The translations under genes and the position numbers were made by a program. Positions 19,197 to 28,562 of a DNA stretch of 58,348 bases are shown piece by piece. The notes beneath the pieces are model-generated. The model saw only the letters and a program-made list of their open reading frames with translations, did no database searches and was not told the origin of the DNA. This stretch comes from a virus (Duplodnaviria > Caudoviricetes). The stretch is taken from positions 1 to 58,348 of IMG/VR virus record IMGVR_UViG_3300047554_000702; one strand, written 5' to 3'. Numbering within the stretch: position 1 is the stretch's first letter; each line of letters starts with the position of its first letter.

Positions 19197-19427
19197 ATGG
19201 CGCACAATTTTGTGCTTGGAGATTTGGTTCGCTATGGTCACGGTCCGACCTCTCTCATGCGGCTGACATGCATCAGCGGTGACAGGTGTTACGGGCGCGC
19301 CTTTCACAGCACAGGCACCTGCACCAATCGAGATATTTCGGATTGCAAGCACGCATCTGATGAAGATCGTGTTCGTTGGTCTGAAGCGCACGATCAGAGC
19401 GATCAATGGATTAGAGGGAAGTGGTAA
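19197..19427 (+). CDS. hypothetical protein
   Basis: GAGGTG SD. Confidence 0.55.
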   Translation: MAHNFVLGDLVRYGHGPTSLMRLTCISGDRCYGRAFHSTGTCTNRDISDCKHASDEDRVRWSEAHDQSDQWIRGKW

Positions 19428-19428
19428 G

Positions 19429-19788
19429 ATGAGCGTTACAGGTGAACACGCGACAATGGTCGCAACACTGGTCAAGTCCGGTGCGGCTATTCTCGAACAA
19501 CTCGACCCGGCCAAGGTCGATGCGATGCACGCAGCGATCGGGATTGCAGGTGAAGCGGGTGAACTGCTCGACGGCGTGAAGAAACATGTGATCTACAACA
19601 AGCCGCTCGACCGTGAGAACCTGATCGAAGAACTCGGTGATCTTGAGTTTTACATGGAGCAACTGCGCCAAAACATCGGTGTGACGCGCGAGGAAACGCT
19701 GGTTGCAAACATGAAAAAGCTGGCCGTCCGCTACAACGGAATGCGCTACAGCGATCAAGCGGCTCAGGATCGCGCTGACAAACAGTGA
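19429..19788 (+). CDS. mazG: MazG-like nucleotide pyrophosphohydrolase
   Basis: GIAGEAGELLDGVKK...EELGDLEFY...NMKKLAVRY. Confidence 0.88.
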   Translation: MSVTGEHATMVATLVKSGAAILEQLDPAKVDAMHAAIGIAGEAGELLDGVKKHVIYNKPLDRENLIEELGDLEFYMEQLRQNIGVTREETLVANMKKLAVRYNGMRYSDQAAQDRADKQ

Positions 19789-19933
19789 CCAAAGAACACC
19801 TCGCACACTTTGTGGCGGCCTGCCTCGAATGTGATGCGAGGTGTCGCAGTCGTAATGCTCGTGCATGGGCGCATCATCACGCGCGGCACCACAAGCACCG
19901 CGTCGAATTGCAACTCGGATGGGAGGTTAAACC

Positions 19934-20179
19934 GTGAAACAGTCCAAGATCGACAGCTTCATGGAAGCGCTGGTCAATGTAGCCATCGGCTTCGGGATCA
20001 ACTTCGCGGCCAACATGCTCATCCTACCGTGGTATTTCGGCATTCCGGCAGATGCGGGCAGCTTTGCCGTGCTCGGCGCAATTTTCACGGTGATCAGCAT
20101 CGCACGATCGTATGTCATCCGTCGCGCTTTCAACGGTCAGACGGTGTGGGACGCTATCAAGGGGCGTGTGCGAGGGTGA
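19934..20179 (+). CDS. small two-TM membrane protein
   Basis: MKQSKIDSFMEALVNVAIGF...FTVISIARSYVIRRAFN; GGAGG SD. Confidence 0.7.
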   Translation: MKQSKIDSFMEALVNVAIGFGINFAANMLILPWYFGIPADAGSFAVLGAIFTVISIARSYVIRRAFNGQTVWDAIKGRVRG

Positions 20180-20349
20180 CAGACCCGCGCGGTCAGTGTG
20201 TCGGTAAAACCCGCTTCGTGTCAGGCACCGAAGCACATCGAGCGCTGCGCAAACGAAACAATAAGTACAGACGTTACGCCAAGGCGAGCGTGTATCACTG
20301 CGCCGAGTGCGGCGGGTTTCACATTGGACACAGGAATGATTTGAGATGA
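20176..20349 (+). CDS. small Zn-finger-like protein
   Basis: C.GKTRF...YHCAECGGFHIG; GTGA-coupled. Confidence 0.6.
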   Translation: MTDPRGQCVGKTRFVSGTEAHRALRKRNNKYRRYAKASVYHCAECGGFHIGHRNDLR

Positions 20350-22400
20350 TCGACCTCTCCACCGCGATCGTTTACGATGAGGAATGCCTGCCGAACGTCT
20401 GGACGATCTGCATGGAGCCGCTGTTCGGCGAGCAAGTGGACATCTACGAGATTAGCGAGTTTCGTGACGATCGCGCACAACTAATGCAGCGGCTCAATTG
20501 GATACAGCAGAACCAGATCGCGATGATCGGCTTCAACAACGAAGGCTACGACTATCCGCTGCTGCACCTGCTGTTCAACAATCCGAACACCACATACCGG
20601 CAATTGCACGCCAAGTCGCAGGAGATCATAACCAGCGGTTATGGTGACAACCGGTGGGCGCACACTATCTGGCCGCGTGATCGGTTCGCGCCGCAGATTG
20701 ATCTATACAAACTACATCACTTTGATAACAAGGCGAAGGTGACCAGCCTCAAAGCGCTACAGTTTGCGATGCGAGCGGACACCGTGGTTGAGTCGTCAAT
20801 ACCGTTCGACCGTGACGTTGAGCCGCACGAAGTTGACAGCGACCTGATACCCTACAACAAGCACGACGTGAAAGAGACGAAGCGGTTTGCGCTTTTCAGT
20901 CTGGACGCGATCAACTTCCGTATTGGTCTGGTGCAGCAGTTCGGGATCGAATGCCTGTCTTGGAATGACACAAAGATCGGCGAGAAAATGCTCGAACAGC
21001 GTCTCGGTGAAGACGTATGCTACGAGTGGGTCACACCGCAATACTCGGACGGTGCCGGTCGCCCCCGCAAGCAACGCAGACAAACCGTCCGAAGCAAGGT
21101 TGCACTGCGCGACATCATTTTTCCTTACGTGCAGTTTCAGAATCCTGAGTTTCAACGCGTTCACCGGTTCATGCTGGACCAAGTGCTCACACCCGACGAA
21201 CTTGACGGTGAAGACAGCACGGCGATCAAAACCAAGGGTGTATTCACCAATCTGCACGCTCATGTCGGCGGGCTGACGTTCCACTTCGGGACGGGTGGCG
21301 TCCATGCCAGCGTTGAGGCGCAGCGCTTCCATGCGACCGACGAATGGCTCATCAGAGACATCGACGTGGCGTCGCTGTACCCGTCCTTAGCGATCGTCAA
21401 CCGGCTCGCCCCGGAGCACTTGGGTCAGGCGTTCGTTGCCGAGTATGCCAAGATCCCTGCCGAGCGCAAAGAGCACGCCAAGGGCACCTACATGAACGCG
21501 GCGCTCAAGCTGGCTGCGAACGGTGCATGGGGCAAGTCGAACAGCCCCTACAGTGTGTTCTACGACCCTCAGTACGCGATGCAGATACCGATCAACGGTC
21601 AGTTGCTCATCTGTATGTTGGTCGAGTGGTTGCTGACGGTGCCGACCGTGGGTCTGGTGCAGTGTAATACTGACGGCGTGACCTATCGCATCCACCGTGA
21701 CCACCTATCCGCCGCGCAGCAGATCGAACGGCAGTGGCAGGATTACACGCATTTGGTGCTTGAGGACGCCTCTTATCGGTCGATGTGGATTCGGGACGTG
21801 AACAACTATGTCGCGCTCGATACCAAAGGCAACCTGAAGCAGAAGGGTGCGTATTGGCACCCCGATCCGCTCGATTATGCCGGGTCAATCTCGACCGCTT
21901 CGCCGCCCAGCTGGCACAAGGATCACTCGAACATTGTGAGCGTGCGCGCCGCAGTCCTCGCAATGGTCCACGGCATCGATCCCGAAGTCATCATCCGCGC
22001 GCACACTGACCCGTTCGACTTCATGTTGCGCTGTAAAGTGGGTCGCTCTGACACGCTCCTGCTCGGCGACAAGCAAGTGCAGCGCGTGTTTCGCTACTAT
22101 GTGGCTCGGAGCGGTCAGCCGCTGGTCAAGGTGTCCCCGCCGGTCGCAGGCGGCGTCGTAGGGCAGTGGAAGCGCGCTCAGGGTGTGACGAAGGCCGAGT
22201 ATGACCGCGTGATGCTTGAGACGGGTGGTGAGTGGGACGAAAGGGTCTGCACAAAGAATCGCAGCAAGTATGACGAGCGCCGCACCTCGATCGAGCAGGG
22301 ATGGCATGTCGCGGACTGCTGCGATGCTGCGATGTTTGATTGGTCGAATGTGAACTACGACTACTACATCGCTGAAGCGCGGAAACTGGTTATTGCTTGA
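20346..22400 (+). CDS. family B DNA polymerase
   Basis: Exonuclease motifs YDEE, GFNNEGYD and YNKHDV; polymerase motifs DIDVASLYPS, KLAANGAWGK and NTDG. Confidence 0.92.
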   Translation: MIDLSTAIVYDEECLPNVWTICMEPLFGEQVDIYEISEFRDDRAQLMQRLNWIQQNQIAMIGFNNEGYDYPLLHLLFNNPNTTYRQLHAKSQEIITSGYGDNRWAHTIWPRDRFAPQIDLYKLHHFDNKAKVTSLKALQFAMRADTVVESSIPFDRDVEPHEVDSDLIPYNKHDVKETKRFALFSLDAINFRIGLVQQFGIECLSWNDTKIGEKMLEQRLGEDVCYEWVTPQYSDGAGRPRKQRRQTVRSKVALRDIIFPYVQFQNPEFQRVHRFMLDQVLTPDELDGEDSTAIKTKGVFTNLHAHVGGLTFHFGTGGVHASVEAQRFHATDEWLIRDIDVASLYPSLAIVNRLAPEHLGQAFVAEYAKIPAERKEHAKGTYMNAALKLAANGAWGKSNSPYSVFYDPQYAMQIPINGQLLICMLVEWLLTVPTVGLVQCNTDGVTYRIHRDHLSAAQQIERQWQDYTHLVLEDASYRSMWIRDVNNYVALDTKGNLKQKGAYWHPDPLDYAGSISTASPPSWHKDHSNIVSVRAAVLAMVHGIDPEVIIRAHTDPFDFMLRCKVGRSDTLLLGDKQVQRVFRYYVARSGQPLVKVSPPVAGGVVGQWKRAQGVTKAEYDRVMLETGGEWDERVCTKNRSKYDERRTSIEQGWHVADCCDAAMFDWSNVNYDYYIAEARKLVIA

Positions 22401-22522
22401 CACCAGCGCTCGGAGTGGTAGGTATTGATTCGGCCTGCAAGCCTTGGCTCGGGAAAGCCAGAGGTGGGCACCGATCGGGACGGGTCACTGAACCTTGCGG
22501 TTGCAGTCCGATCTTCCGGTGC

Positions 22523-23020
22523 TCACCTCACCCAACCCATGGCCCGCATCCACCCATCCAACTGAGCATAAGTCTCAACTAGTGATCCGTTGTTGTCGAT
22601 CATGATCATCTGGTCCGATCGGAACGGGATGGTCAGGCTCGGATCGTTCGGTAGACCGCGCGCGGTCGCATCGACCCACATAACCGCGTCGAACAGCGAT
22701 CGAGCCGCCAAGTACTCTCGGTCGGTCCTCATGCCCACATAGCAGTCAGACACCGCCAGAACCGCCCGTGCGAGCCGCGCAGGATCGTCACCATTGTATT
22801 CGGCGATGATGTCGCGCCACAGGCACCGATGGTTCACCCGGTCTTCGTAGCACGCGTCCAGGCTGTCGTAGACAAGCCCGTGATCCACTAGCGCCGGTCG
22901 GATGACTGTCTCGGCCAGAAACAGGCTGGACGACACGAACGACACCCCGTGCCGGTCGCGTAGGTATTCGGCCACCGTGTCCTTTCCGTGCCGACCGTGA
23001 CCCAGGATGAGCAGTTTCAC
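22523..23020 (-). CDS. deoxynucleoside monophosphate kinase-like P-loop protein
   Basis: LLILGHGRHGKDTVAEYL...YVGMR...MIDNNG. Confidence 0.75.
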   Translation of the reverse strand: MKLLILGHGRHGKDTVAEYLRDRHGVSFVSSSLFLAETVIRPALVDHGLVYDSLDACYEDRVNHRCLWRDIIAEYNGDDPARLARAVLAVSDCYVGMRTDREYLAARSLFDAVMWVDATARGLPNDPSLTIPFRSDQMIMIDNNGSLVETYAQLDGWMRAMGWVR

Positions 23021-24276
23021 GCTCGCACCCGTGATTCATAGAGCGAGCCTTCACCGGGTGCTCCAACCATGATCTGACGACGCGTGGTGATACCGCGCTC
23101 CGGGTGGAAGTGCAGCAACCATTGGACAGGTGGTGAGGGCTTCGCACGCAGCCGCAGCCGCGCGTACTCCGAGAACCCCGGCAGGCATCCATTACCGAAA
23201 CCGTACTCCGTCTCGACCGCGACGTGGAAGTGGCCGGTGAGGACGCAATCGACTGGCTTACCGGCCTGCAGGTACGTCTCGGCCAGCTTCCTGTGACCCT
23301 TGCTGATCGGAGCGACCGCGCCAATGTAGCCCTGACCACCGCCCGTCCCCATCATGTCGCCATGGGTCAGCAGCACGTTCCAACCGGCCACCTTGAAATA
23401 TGCGTCGTTCTCTTTGGGAATGAGGAAAGTCACATTCGGATCGTCGGCGAATATCATTTCGAGGTGCCACGAGATCACGCTGTCGAAGCTGGTTTCGACG
23501 TATTTCTTGTGACGCGGCTTGGCCGTCGTCCGGTCATGATTACCTGGCACACGCACGACAACGATCGGGCAACCCAACTCGCGCCGCAGCGTCTCGATGC
23601 CCCAGCGCACATTTGCGCAATAGTCGCGCACGGCAGGGATGCTGGACAGGTCATTGGTCTCGGCGAGTTCTTCGTGGATCGAGCCGCTGATGCTGTCGCC
23701 GCCCATGCAGTAATAGAAAACGGGCGGTGCAGCGGCGCTGTGGGGCGGCAGGCAGCACTTAATGGTTGCTTCGATCAACCGTCGATAGCGTGCAGCTGCG
23801 ACATGCCGGTCATAGCGGTTCAACCCACCCATTTCCTCAAGATCGATCACCTCGCCCCACTGCTCGTCGCTCTGGAACAGCAGTGGCACTTCGGCGTGCG
23901 GGTCGGTCGAGGACGGGTTTATGACGTGAGACGCGGGATCAATGGGTTTACCGAGCCCGAAAACAGCCGAGCGCAGATCCTCTGCGGCATTGAGTTCTCG
24001 GTCGGCGCGGGAGAGTTCGGTCTTGAGACGCGCAATGTCGTCCTTATAGCGCCGCTCCTGCCGTGCTGCGAGAGGTTCTTCGGGTGGTCGCGGCTGTGAA
24101 ACACTGAGAGCGACAGCCGGTGCGGTTCGTTTCCAATCCGGCAATCTGTTGTACCATTCACGCAGTGTTTCGCGCCTGACTTTCAGTTCGGTCGAAGCGG
24201 CAATTAGATCACCGTTGTGTTTTTGAATGACCGCCAAACGCTCTGCGATCTGCTCGTCAGTAAAAGGCGCACCCAT
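23017..24276 (-). CDS. calcineurin-like metallophosphoesterase with N-terminal HTH/coiled coil
   Basis: SDEQWGE, GGDSISG, PGNHDR, LTHGD and GHFH motifs. Confidence 0.85.
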   Translation of the reverse strand: MGAPFTDEQIAERLAVIQKHNGDLIAASTELKVRRETLREWYNRLPDWKRTAPAVALSVSQPRPPEEPLAARQERRYKDDIARLKTELSRADRELNAAEDLRSAVFGLGKPIDPASHVINPSSTDPHAEVPLLFQSDEQWGEVIDLEEMGGLNRYDRHVAAARYRRLIEATIKCCLPPHSAAAPPVFYYCMGGDSISGSIHEELAETNDLSSIPAVRDYCANVRWGIETLRRELGCPIVVVRVPGNHDRTTAKPRHKKYVETSFDSVISWHLEMIFADDPNVTFLIPKENDAYFKVAGWNVLLTHGDMMGTGGGQGYIGAVAPISKGHRKLAETYLQAGKPVDCVLTGHFHVAVETEYGFGNGCLPGFSEYARLRLRAKPSPPVQWLLHFHPERGITTRRQIMVGAPGEGSLYESRVRA

Positions 24277-24279
24277 GTG

Positions 24280-24504
24280 TTACTCCTGTGCCGCTTGCTT
24301 AGCTGCGCACTCGGCGTAGAGCGCGATCAAAATACGCTCCCACTCCGAGCGAGCCGGATCAATCAGCGGGACTGGTGGCTTTGGTAGCAGGGGACACGAC
24401 GCTGACAGGTTGCCCGGTCGCGGCGGCGTTTGCGTCTCTGACCGCAGCGTCGAGCACGCTGACAACAGCAGCAGGAGCAGCACACTCGGTAGGAACTTGG
24501 ACAT
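24280..24504 (-). CDS. o-spanin (Rz1-like lipoprotein)
   Basis: MSKFLPSVLLLLLLSAC lipobox; Pro-rich; overlaps the i-spanin gene in another frame. Confidence 0.8.
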   Translation of the reverse strand: MSKFLPSVLLLLLLSACSTLRSETQTPPRPGNLSASCPLLPKPPVPLIDPARSEWERILIALYAECAAKQAAQE

Positions 24505-24751
24505 TGCGGTAAATCTCCCGGATCGTCTCGCGGTCGGTGCGCTCGCTGGCACGGATGCCTTGTGCGATCAGTTCGTATTGAAGGGACTGGTCTGCGAGTG
24601 CTTCAGTGAGCGCGGTGTATTGCTCGAACGTCTTTTGTTCGGTTTCGAGTGCGTCGCTGTCGGCTTTCCAGTCGCGGACAGTCCAGCCACCGAGCGCACC
24701 CGCCAACAGCAAGCCCGCACCGCCTGCGCCGTATATCCAGAGCGGGATCAT
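24359..24751 (-). CDS. i-spanin (Rz-like)
   Basis: N-terminal TM followed by a helical periplasmic domain; downstream of the endolysin. Confidence 0.75.
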   Translation of the reverse strand: MIPLWIYGAGGAGLLLAGALGGWTVRDWKADSDALETEQKTFEQYTALTEALADQSLQYELIAQGIRASERTDRETIREIYRNVQVPTECAAPAAVVSVLDAAVRDANAAATGQPVSVVSPATKATSPAD

Positions 24752-25023
24752 GTGTCGTCTCCCTTGTGCCGGTCATCTAGTTCAGCACCGTCACGGCTTA
24801 CCCGTGCCAGCATCCGGCGACCGAGAACCCATGTGAAGCCGCCGATCACCATGAACAGTTGAACATGCGCCGCGATGGCAAGCCAGAAGGTTTCCTTGAC
24901 CTGATCGCGCAGATGCCAAAGCCCCCACGCGATGAATCCCGTGAACACAAGCGAGGCACCAAACATAGCCAGAAATGACCATGCACGCCGTCCGTCCGGT
25001 GTGAGCATTGACGGCGGGATCAT
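24748..25023 (-). CDS. holin-like two-TM protein
   Basis: Two hydrophobic segments and a charged C-terminus; inside the lysis cassette. Confidence 0.6.
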   Translation of the reverse strand: MIPPSMLTPDGRRAWSFLAMFGASLVFTGFIAWGLWHLRDQVKETFWLAIAAHVQLFMVIGGFTWVLGRRMLARVSRDGAELDDRHKGDDT

Positions 25024-25775
25024 TCCCAGCCTCCCGCGATCAGTGCAGCCTGAAAGTCCATCGCTTCAAGCGCGATCTTGCCCGCCTTGTCCATCCCGTT
25101 GATGATGCGCCGTGCCTGTGTGAACTGCGTCAGTGTGGCGGGCCCGTCCTCAGGCAAGAATGTCACAAAACCACGCTCGGTGAACCATGCGCCGATCATA
25201 CCTTCGCGCATGATTTTGGCCGCAATATCGGGCTGCATTGCAAGATCAGGGTTGCCGATCAAATCGACACCCAACTTGACGGACGCCTTCGCATAATTGC
25301 GCCGTCCGGTCAGCTGGACATAGCCGCGACCGGCAAACAGCGCACCGTCCCCGATGACCGTGTTACCGAGATCCTTGGCGACATGCGGGCGCTGACCGGT
25401 TCGGTCGTACATCCGCATGAAATAGCGCTTGGCTGCTGCGGCGGAGAGCCAGTTAGCCTCTTTGACCGGCTGCATGGTTTGGTTTGTCTCATGCCAAGCC
25501 GTCGCCAACGCATAGGCGACCCAACTGATCGGAAGGCCGACCATCGCGGCAAGGATCGCATTGGTTCCGGCGACCTGACCGGTGGACTTGTGACGCAGAT
25601 CGCCGCCCCGTAGCGCCGCATAGAACGCTTCGGGCTCGGCCAGCCCCTGCTTGATCTGAGGTTCGGGAATGACAGGGGCACTGCGCAGCGCTTCATCGAC
25701 CGCCGCATCAATCCGTTCCTGCGGGGTCGGACGGGGGTCTTTGTTGAAACGCTTGAGCAGATTCCCGATCATCAC
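25020..25775 (-). CDS. endolysin, GH19/chitinase-like lysozyme fold
   Basis: YALATAWHET...GRGYVQLTGRRNY...NPDLA...ARRIING. Confidence 0.88.
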   Translation of the reverse strand: MMIGNLLKRFNKDPRPTPQERIDAAVDEALRSAPVIPEPQIKQGLAEPEAFYAALRGGDLRHKSTGQVAGTNAILAAMVGLPISWVAYALATAWHETNQTMQPVKEANWLSAAAAKRYFMRMYDRTGQRPHVAKDLGNTVIGDGALFAGRGYVQLTGRRNYAKASVKLGVDLIGNPDLAMQPDIAAKIMREGMIGAWFTERGFVTFLPEDGPATLTQFTQARRIINGMDKAGKIALEAMDFQAALIAGGWE

Positions 25776-26002
25776 CTGGCCCCCTTGTCCTGCTTGCCAT
25801 CCAACTTGCTCTCGATTCGGATCAGAGCGGCACGGATTTCGCCCATCGCATCACGGTGATCCGCTTTGGTCACATACTTCTCTGGCATCGTGCGGATGTC
25901 ACTGTCCAACTGATCGAGGGTCTTGGTGATCCGACCAATCACCCAGCCACCGAGGACGCCTGCGATTGCCATCGCGATGTTGAAAGCGGTCTGCCAATCC
26001 AT
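25772..26002 (-). CDS. single-TM holin/antiholin-like protein
   Basis: N-terminal TM plus coiled coil; first gene of the lysis cassette. Confidence 0.6.
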   Translation of the reverse strand: MDWQTAFNIAMAIAGVLGGWVIGRITKTLDQLDSDIRTMPEKYVTKADHRDAMGEIRAALIRIESKLDGKQDKGAR

Positions 26003-26075
26003 TGTTGCGACACCTGAAAAAGAGTTGGTTTATGGTGTCAGTTAATGACGGTGTTCGAGGTGCAAGTCAATCGGC

Positions 26076-28052
26076 TTAGGCGTCGAGGATGTTGGCGGGT
26101 CGCCAGACGGGGAGAACTGTGATCGTGCTGTCCTGACCACCGCCGAACAGATCGGCGACAGGGCCACGGACACGCGCGGGATGGCTGGCAACACCGCCAA
26201 TCGTGTAGGCCGCATCGGACAGAATGAAGTTGCCCGAACCGTCGATCACGCTGCTCTCATTCGCTGCCCAATCGATATAGGTGTCGGGCCAAAAAGCCGC
26301 CGCCGTGATCGAACCAGCAGGTGCCGCTTCGGAGCCAGGGAAGAACCCGTTCGGGATTTGGCTTGCCAGATAGTTGGGGGTGCAATCGCTGAAATTGACC
26401 GCGCTGTTGACGCTGGTGAAGGTCGTGCCAGTGCCGGTGTATGGCAGGTTCGCGCCGTTCAACCGGGCATTGCGAAGGCCAAGTTCCCAATCCATCGCCA
26501 GCAGCAAGGTGAACTCGACACCGGCTTGAATGACCGGCCCGCCCTGCACAAGGCTGCGCGACGTGGCATTGAGGACAAGCGTGTTGGCAGCATCGCGGGC
26601 GTTCAGCGTCACCCGGCCATCGGTTCCGACGCGCACGAAGATCGTGTCAGTCGAAGTCCCGCGTGCGATGTTCAAAAGCACTCGGTTGGCGGCGAGGCTG
26701 TCAATGCGGCCCCGGAACATGAACGAGAACTTCTTGGACGCGGCCACCTGCACCGAAGTGCGCGGGCCACGAATTGCAATTGGAGTGTTCCACGTCATCG
26801 GCGTAGGCACGCGAGCGCCGGAAGCGCCCATGACCATGACGCGCACAATCTCGGTGCGCTGGTAAATGCCCTTGACCACCGTGATGTAGAGCCGCTTTTC
26901 GCCCGGCGTTACAGGGACACCGGCGGTCTTTGTGATTGTCAGCGTGCCATAGCCGTTTGCATCCGGCCCGCCTGCCGTGACCGTGAAAGCCCCCTCAGGA
27001 TCGCCAAGGGCCACCGTGGCGCTATCGGCAACACCGCGCATCCGAACAACGCCAATCGTTGCCCCGTCCGCTACGTTGGATGTGGTGCGGAACCTGACAC
27101 CCGCCGGGATGAACGGTGCGGCGCCCTGTCGCCCTAAGAACCAATCTCGTGCAACCCGCGCCATGCCAAACTGACGGCCCCGCGAGTTGGGGTGAACCTT
27201 GTCGCTTTGAATGGTGGAGCCGGTGCCGTTCGCGCCGACCTTTTGGAACAATGCATAATCGCTGGATGAAGCATTGCGGGTAAGCGGGTCGCCTTCGTCG
27301 TGCAGCAACGTAAGCGGATTTTCGATCACGATGTCAGCCGACGAGCGCGCCAAGGTCAAACCGCTGGCATTGCCGAGCAACCCGAGCGGCGTTTCGTTCC
27401 ACTGCCGTAGTGTGGCTTCAAAGCCGGTTTCCAGCCCGTACCAGTCAATCATGTGCTGGCGAGCGTCAACGATGTCCGCCGAGTAGGGTTGCGCTTGTGC
27501 GCGCTCTTTCCAATGCGTGTAGTCCGCATTCGGAAAGCCCGCCGTTCCCGACCACGGATCGGACGGGGAAGCGACCAATAGCAGGAGAGTCTCAGCGCCG
27601 CCGGTTTGCTGTGCGCGGATCGCCTCGAAGTCGTCAAAGACTGCATCTGTGCGCCAGAAATCAAAGCGCGGGGTCGTCCATGTGACCTCGCCGCCGACGG
27701 GATCGGTCAGCACCAGATCCTCGGCCTTGTCGCCCGCAGTCCAGTTGGCGTTCAGGAACGTGAGCGCCTGCGCCATGTTGCTGCCAGCACCGGCCTGATA
27801 GTTAGTGCCGACACCAAAAGTCGCGCCGGGGTCAATCTCGGCTTGGATTGCGTCATTCGTGCTTAGGGATGAGCCAACGCTTGCCGACAGCGAATTGCCC
27901 GCCGTGTTGATCGTGCGGTCAGGCTCCCACGGCGGCGCGGTGTTAGCCTCACGCAAGGCTTGCGCGGACGCCCATTCGCTTGCGGTTACCGCCGAGCGCG
28001 CACCAAAAACAGACGATGAGAATCCGATCAGAGGCGATTGAAAACTACGCAT
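26076..28052 (-). CDS. tail fibre/spike with SGNH-esterase-like and LamG-like domains
   Basis: AGNSLS and DKVHPN (SGNH-like Ser...DxxH); beta-rich C-terminal FSFMFRGRIDS...; located in the tail module. Confidence 0.6.
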   Translation of the reverse strand: MRSFQSPLIGFSSSVFGARSAVTASEWASAQALREANTAPPWEPDRTINTAGNSLSASVGSSLSTNDAIQAEIDPGATFGVGTNYQAGAGSNMAQALTFLNANWTAGDKAEDLVLTDPVGGEVTWTTPRFDFWRTDAVFDDFEAIRAQQTGGAETLLLLVASPSDPWSGTAGFPNADYTHWKERAQAQPYSADIVDARQHMIDWYGLETGFEATLRQWNETPLGLLGNASGLTLARSSADIVIENPLTLLHDEGDPLTRNASSSDYALFQKVGANGTGSTIQSDKVHPNSRGRQFGMARVARDWFLGRQGAAPFIPAGVRFRTTSNVADGATIGVVRMRGVADSATVALGDPEGAFTVTAGGPDANGYGTLTITKTAGVPVTPGEKRLYITVVKGIYQRTEIVRVMVMGASGARVPTPMTWNTPIAIRGPRTSVQVAASKKFSFMFRGRIDSLAANRVLLNIARGTSTDTIFVRVGTDGRVTLNARDAANTLVLNATSRSLVQGGPVIQAGVEFTLLLAMDWELGLRNARLNGANLPYTGTGTTFTSVNSAVNFSDCTPNYLASQIPNGFFPGSEAAPAGSITAAAFWPDTYIDWAANESSVIDGSGNFILSDAAYTIGGVASHPARVRGPVADLFGGGQDSTITVLPVWRPANILDA

Positions 28053-28326
28053 GGCTGACAAACAGTGTAGTCGTCAGATTGTCAACGCGAGCCCACACAC
28101 GATTTGCACCGGATACGCCGGGGAATATCTCAGAAAGCGACCGATTGGCTTCGCCCTGACCGGGTTGGTAAACCAAGCCAGCGTCGTCGGTCGGTGAGGT
28201 CGTACCGCTGGTCGCCTGGATGATGACGGCCCGACCACCTGTGTTCTGGAAAGTGATCTCGGTAACATCGGCATTGGTGATTTGCTCCCAATCCAGACTG
28301 ACCTCTTGATCGGTATTCTTGGGCAT
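28045..28326 (-). CDS. small virion/tail accessory protein
   Basis: AAGGA SD; beta-rich; RVWAR near the C-terminus. Confidence 0.6.
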   Translation of the reverse strand: MPKNTDQEVSLDWEQITNADVTEITFQNTGGRAVIIQATSGTTSPTDDAGLVYQPGQGEANRSLSEIFPGVSGANRVWARVDNLTTTLFVSHA

Positions 28327-28448
28327 GGTGCAGATCCTTTCGCTTTCGTGTCATCGGTTCATATCATTCATGTGGTCGCTGGGTCAAACACCCCTCTCAG
28401 CCTGATCGGCGCTGATATATTCCCATACCTGCGTGACCTCGGCGAAGG

Positions 28449-28562
28449 TCACACCTTAATCTCCACGCACACGCGGCCATTTTCGCGCCACACGACCCAT
28501 TGGCCGGGCGCACAGATGCGTGCACCGTCTTTGCTGCCGAGTTCCTTGACCGCCTGTTCCAT
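28449..28562 (-). CDS. small hypothetical peptide
   Basis: TGATG-coupled to the tailspike stop; my translation MEQAVKELGSKDGARICAPGQWVVWRENGRVCVEIKV. Confidence 0.35.
   Translation of the reverse strand: MEQAVKELGSKDGARICAPGQWVVWRENGRVCVEIKV

Noticed and set aside
19429-22400. Z-genome (2-aminoadenine) or 7-deazaguanine modification pathway
   Set aside because: MazG is present, but I recognise no PurZ, DatZ, QueC/D/E, FolE or DpdA motifs.
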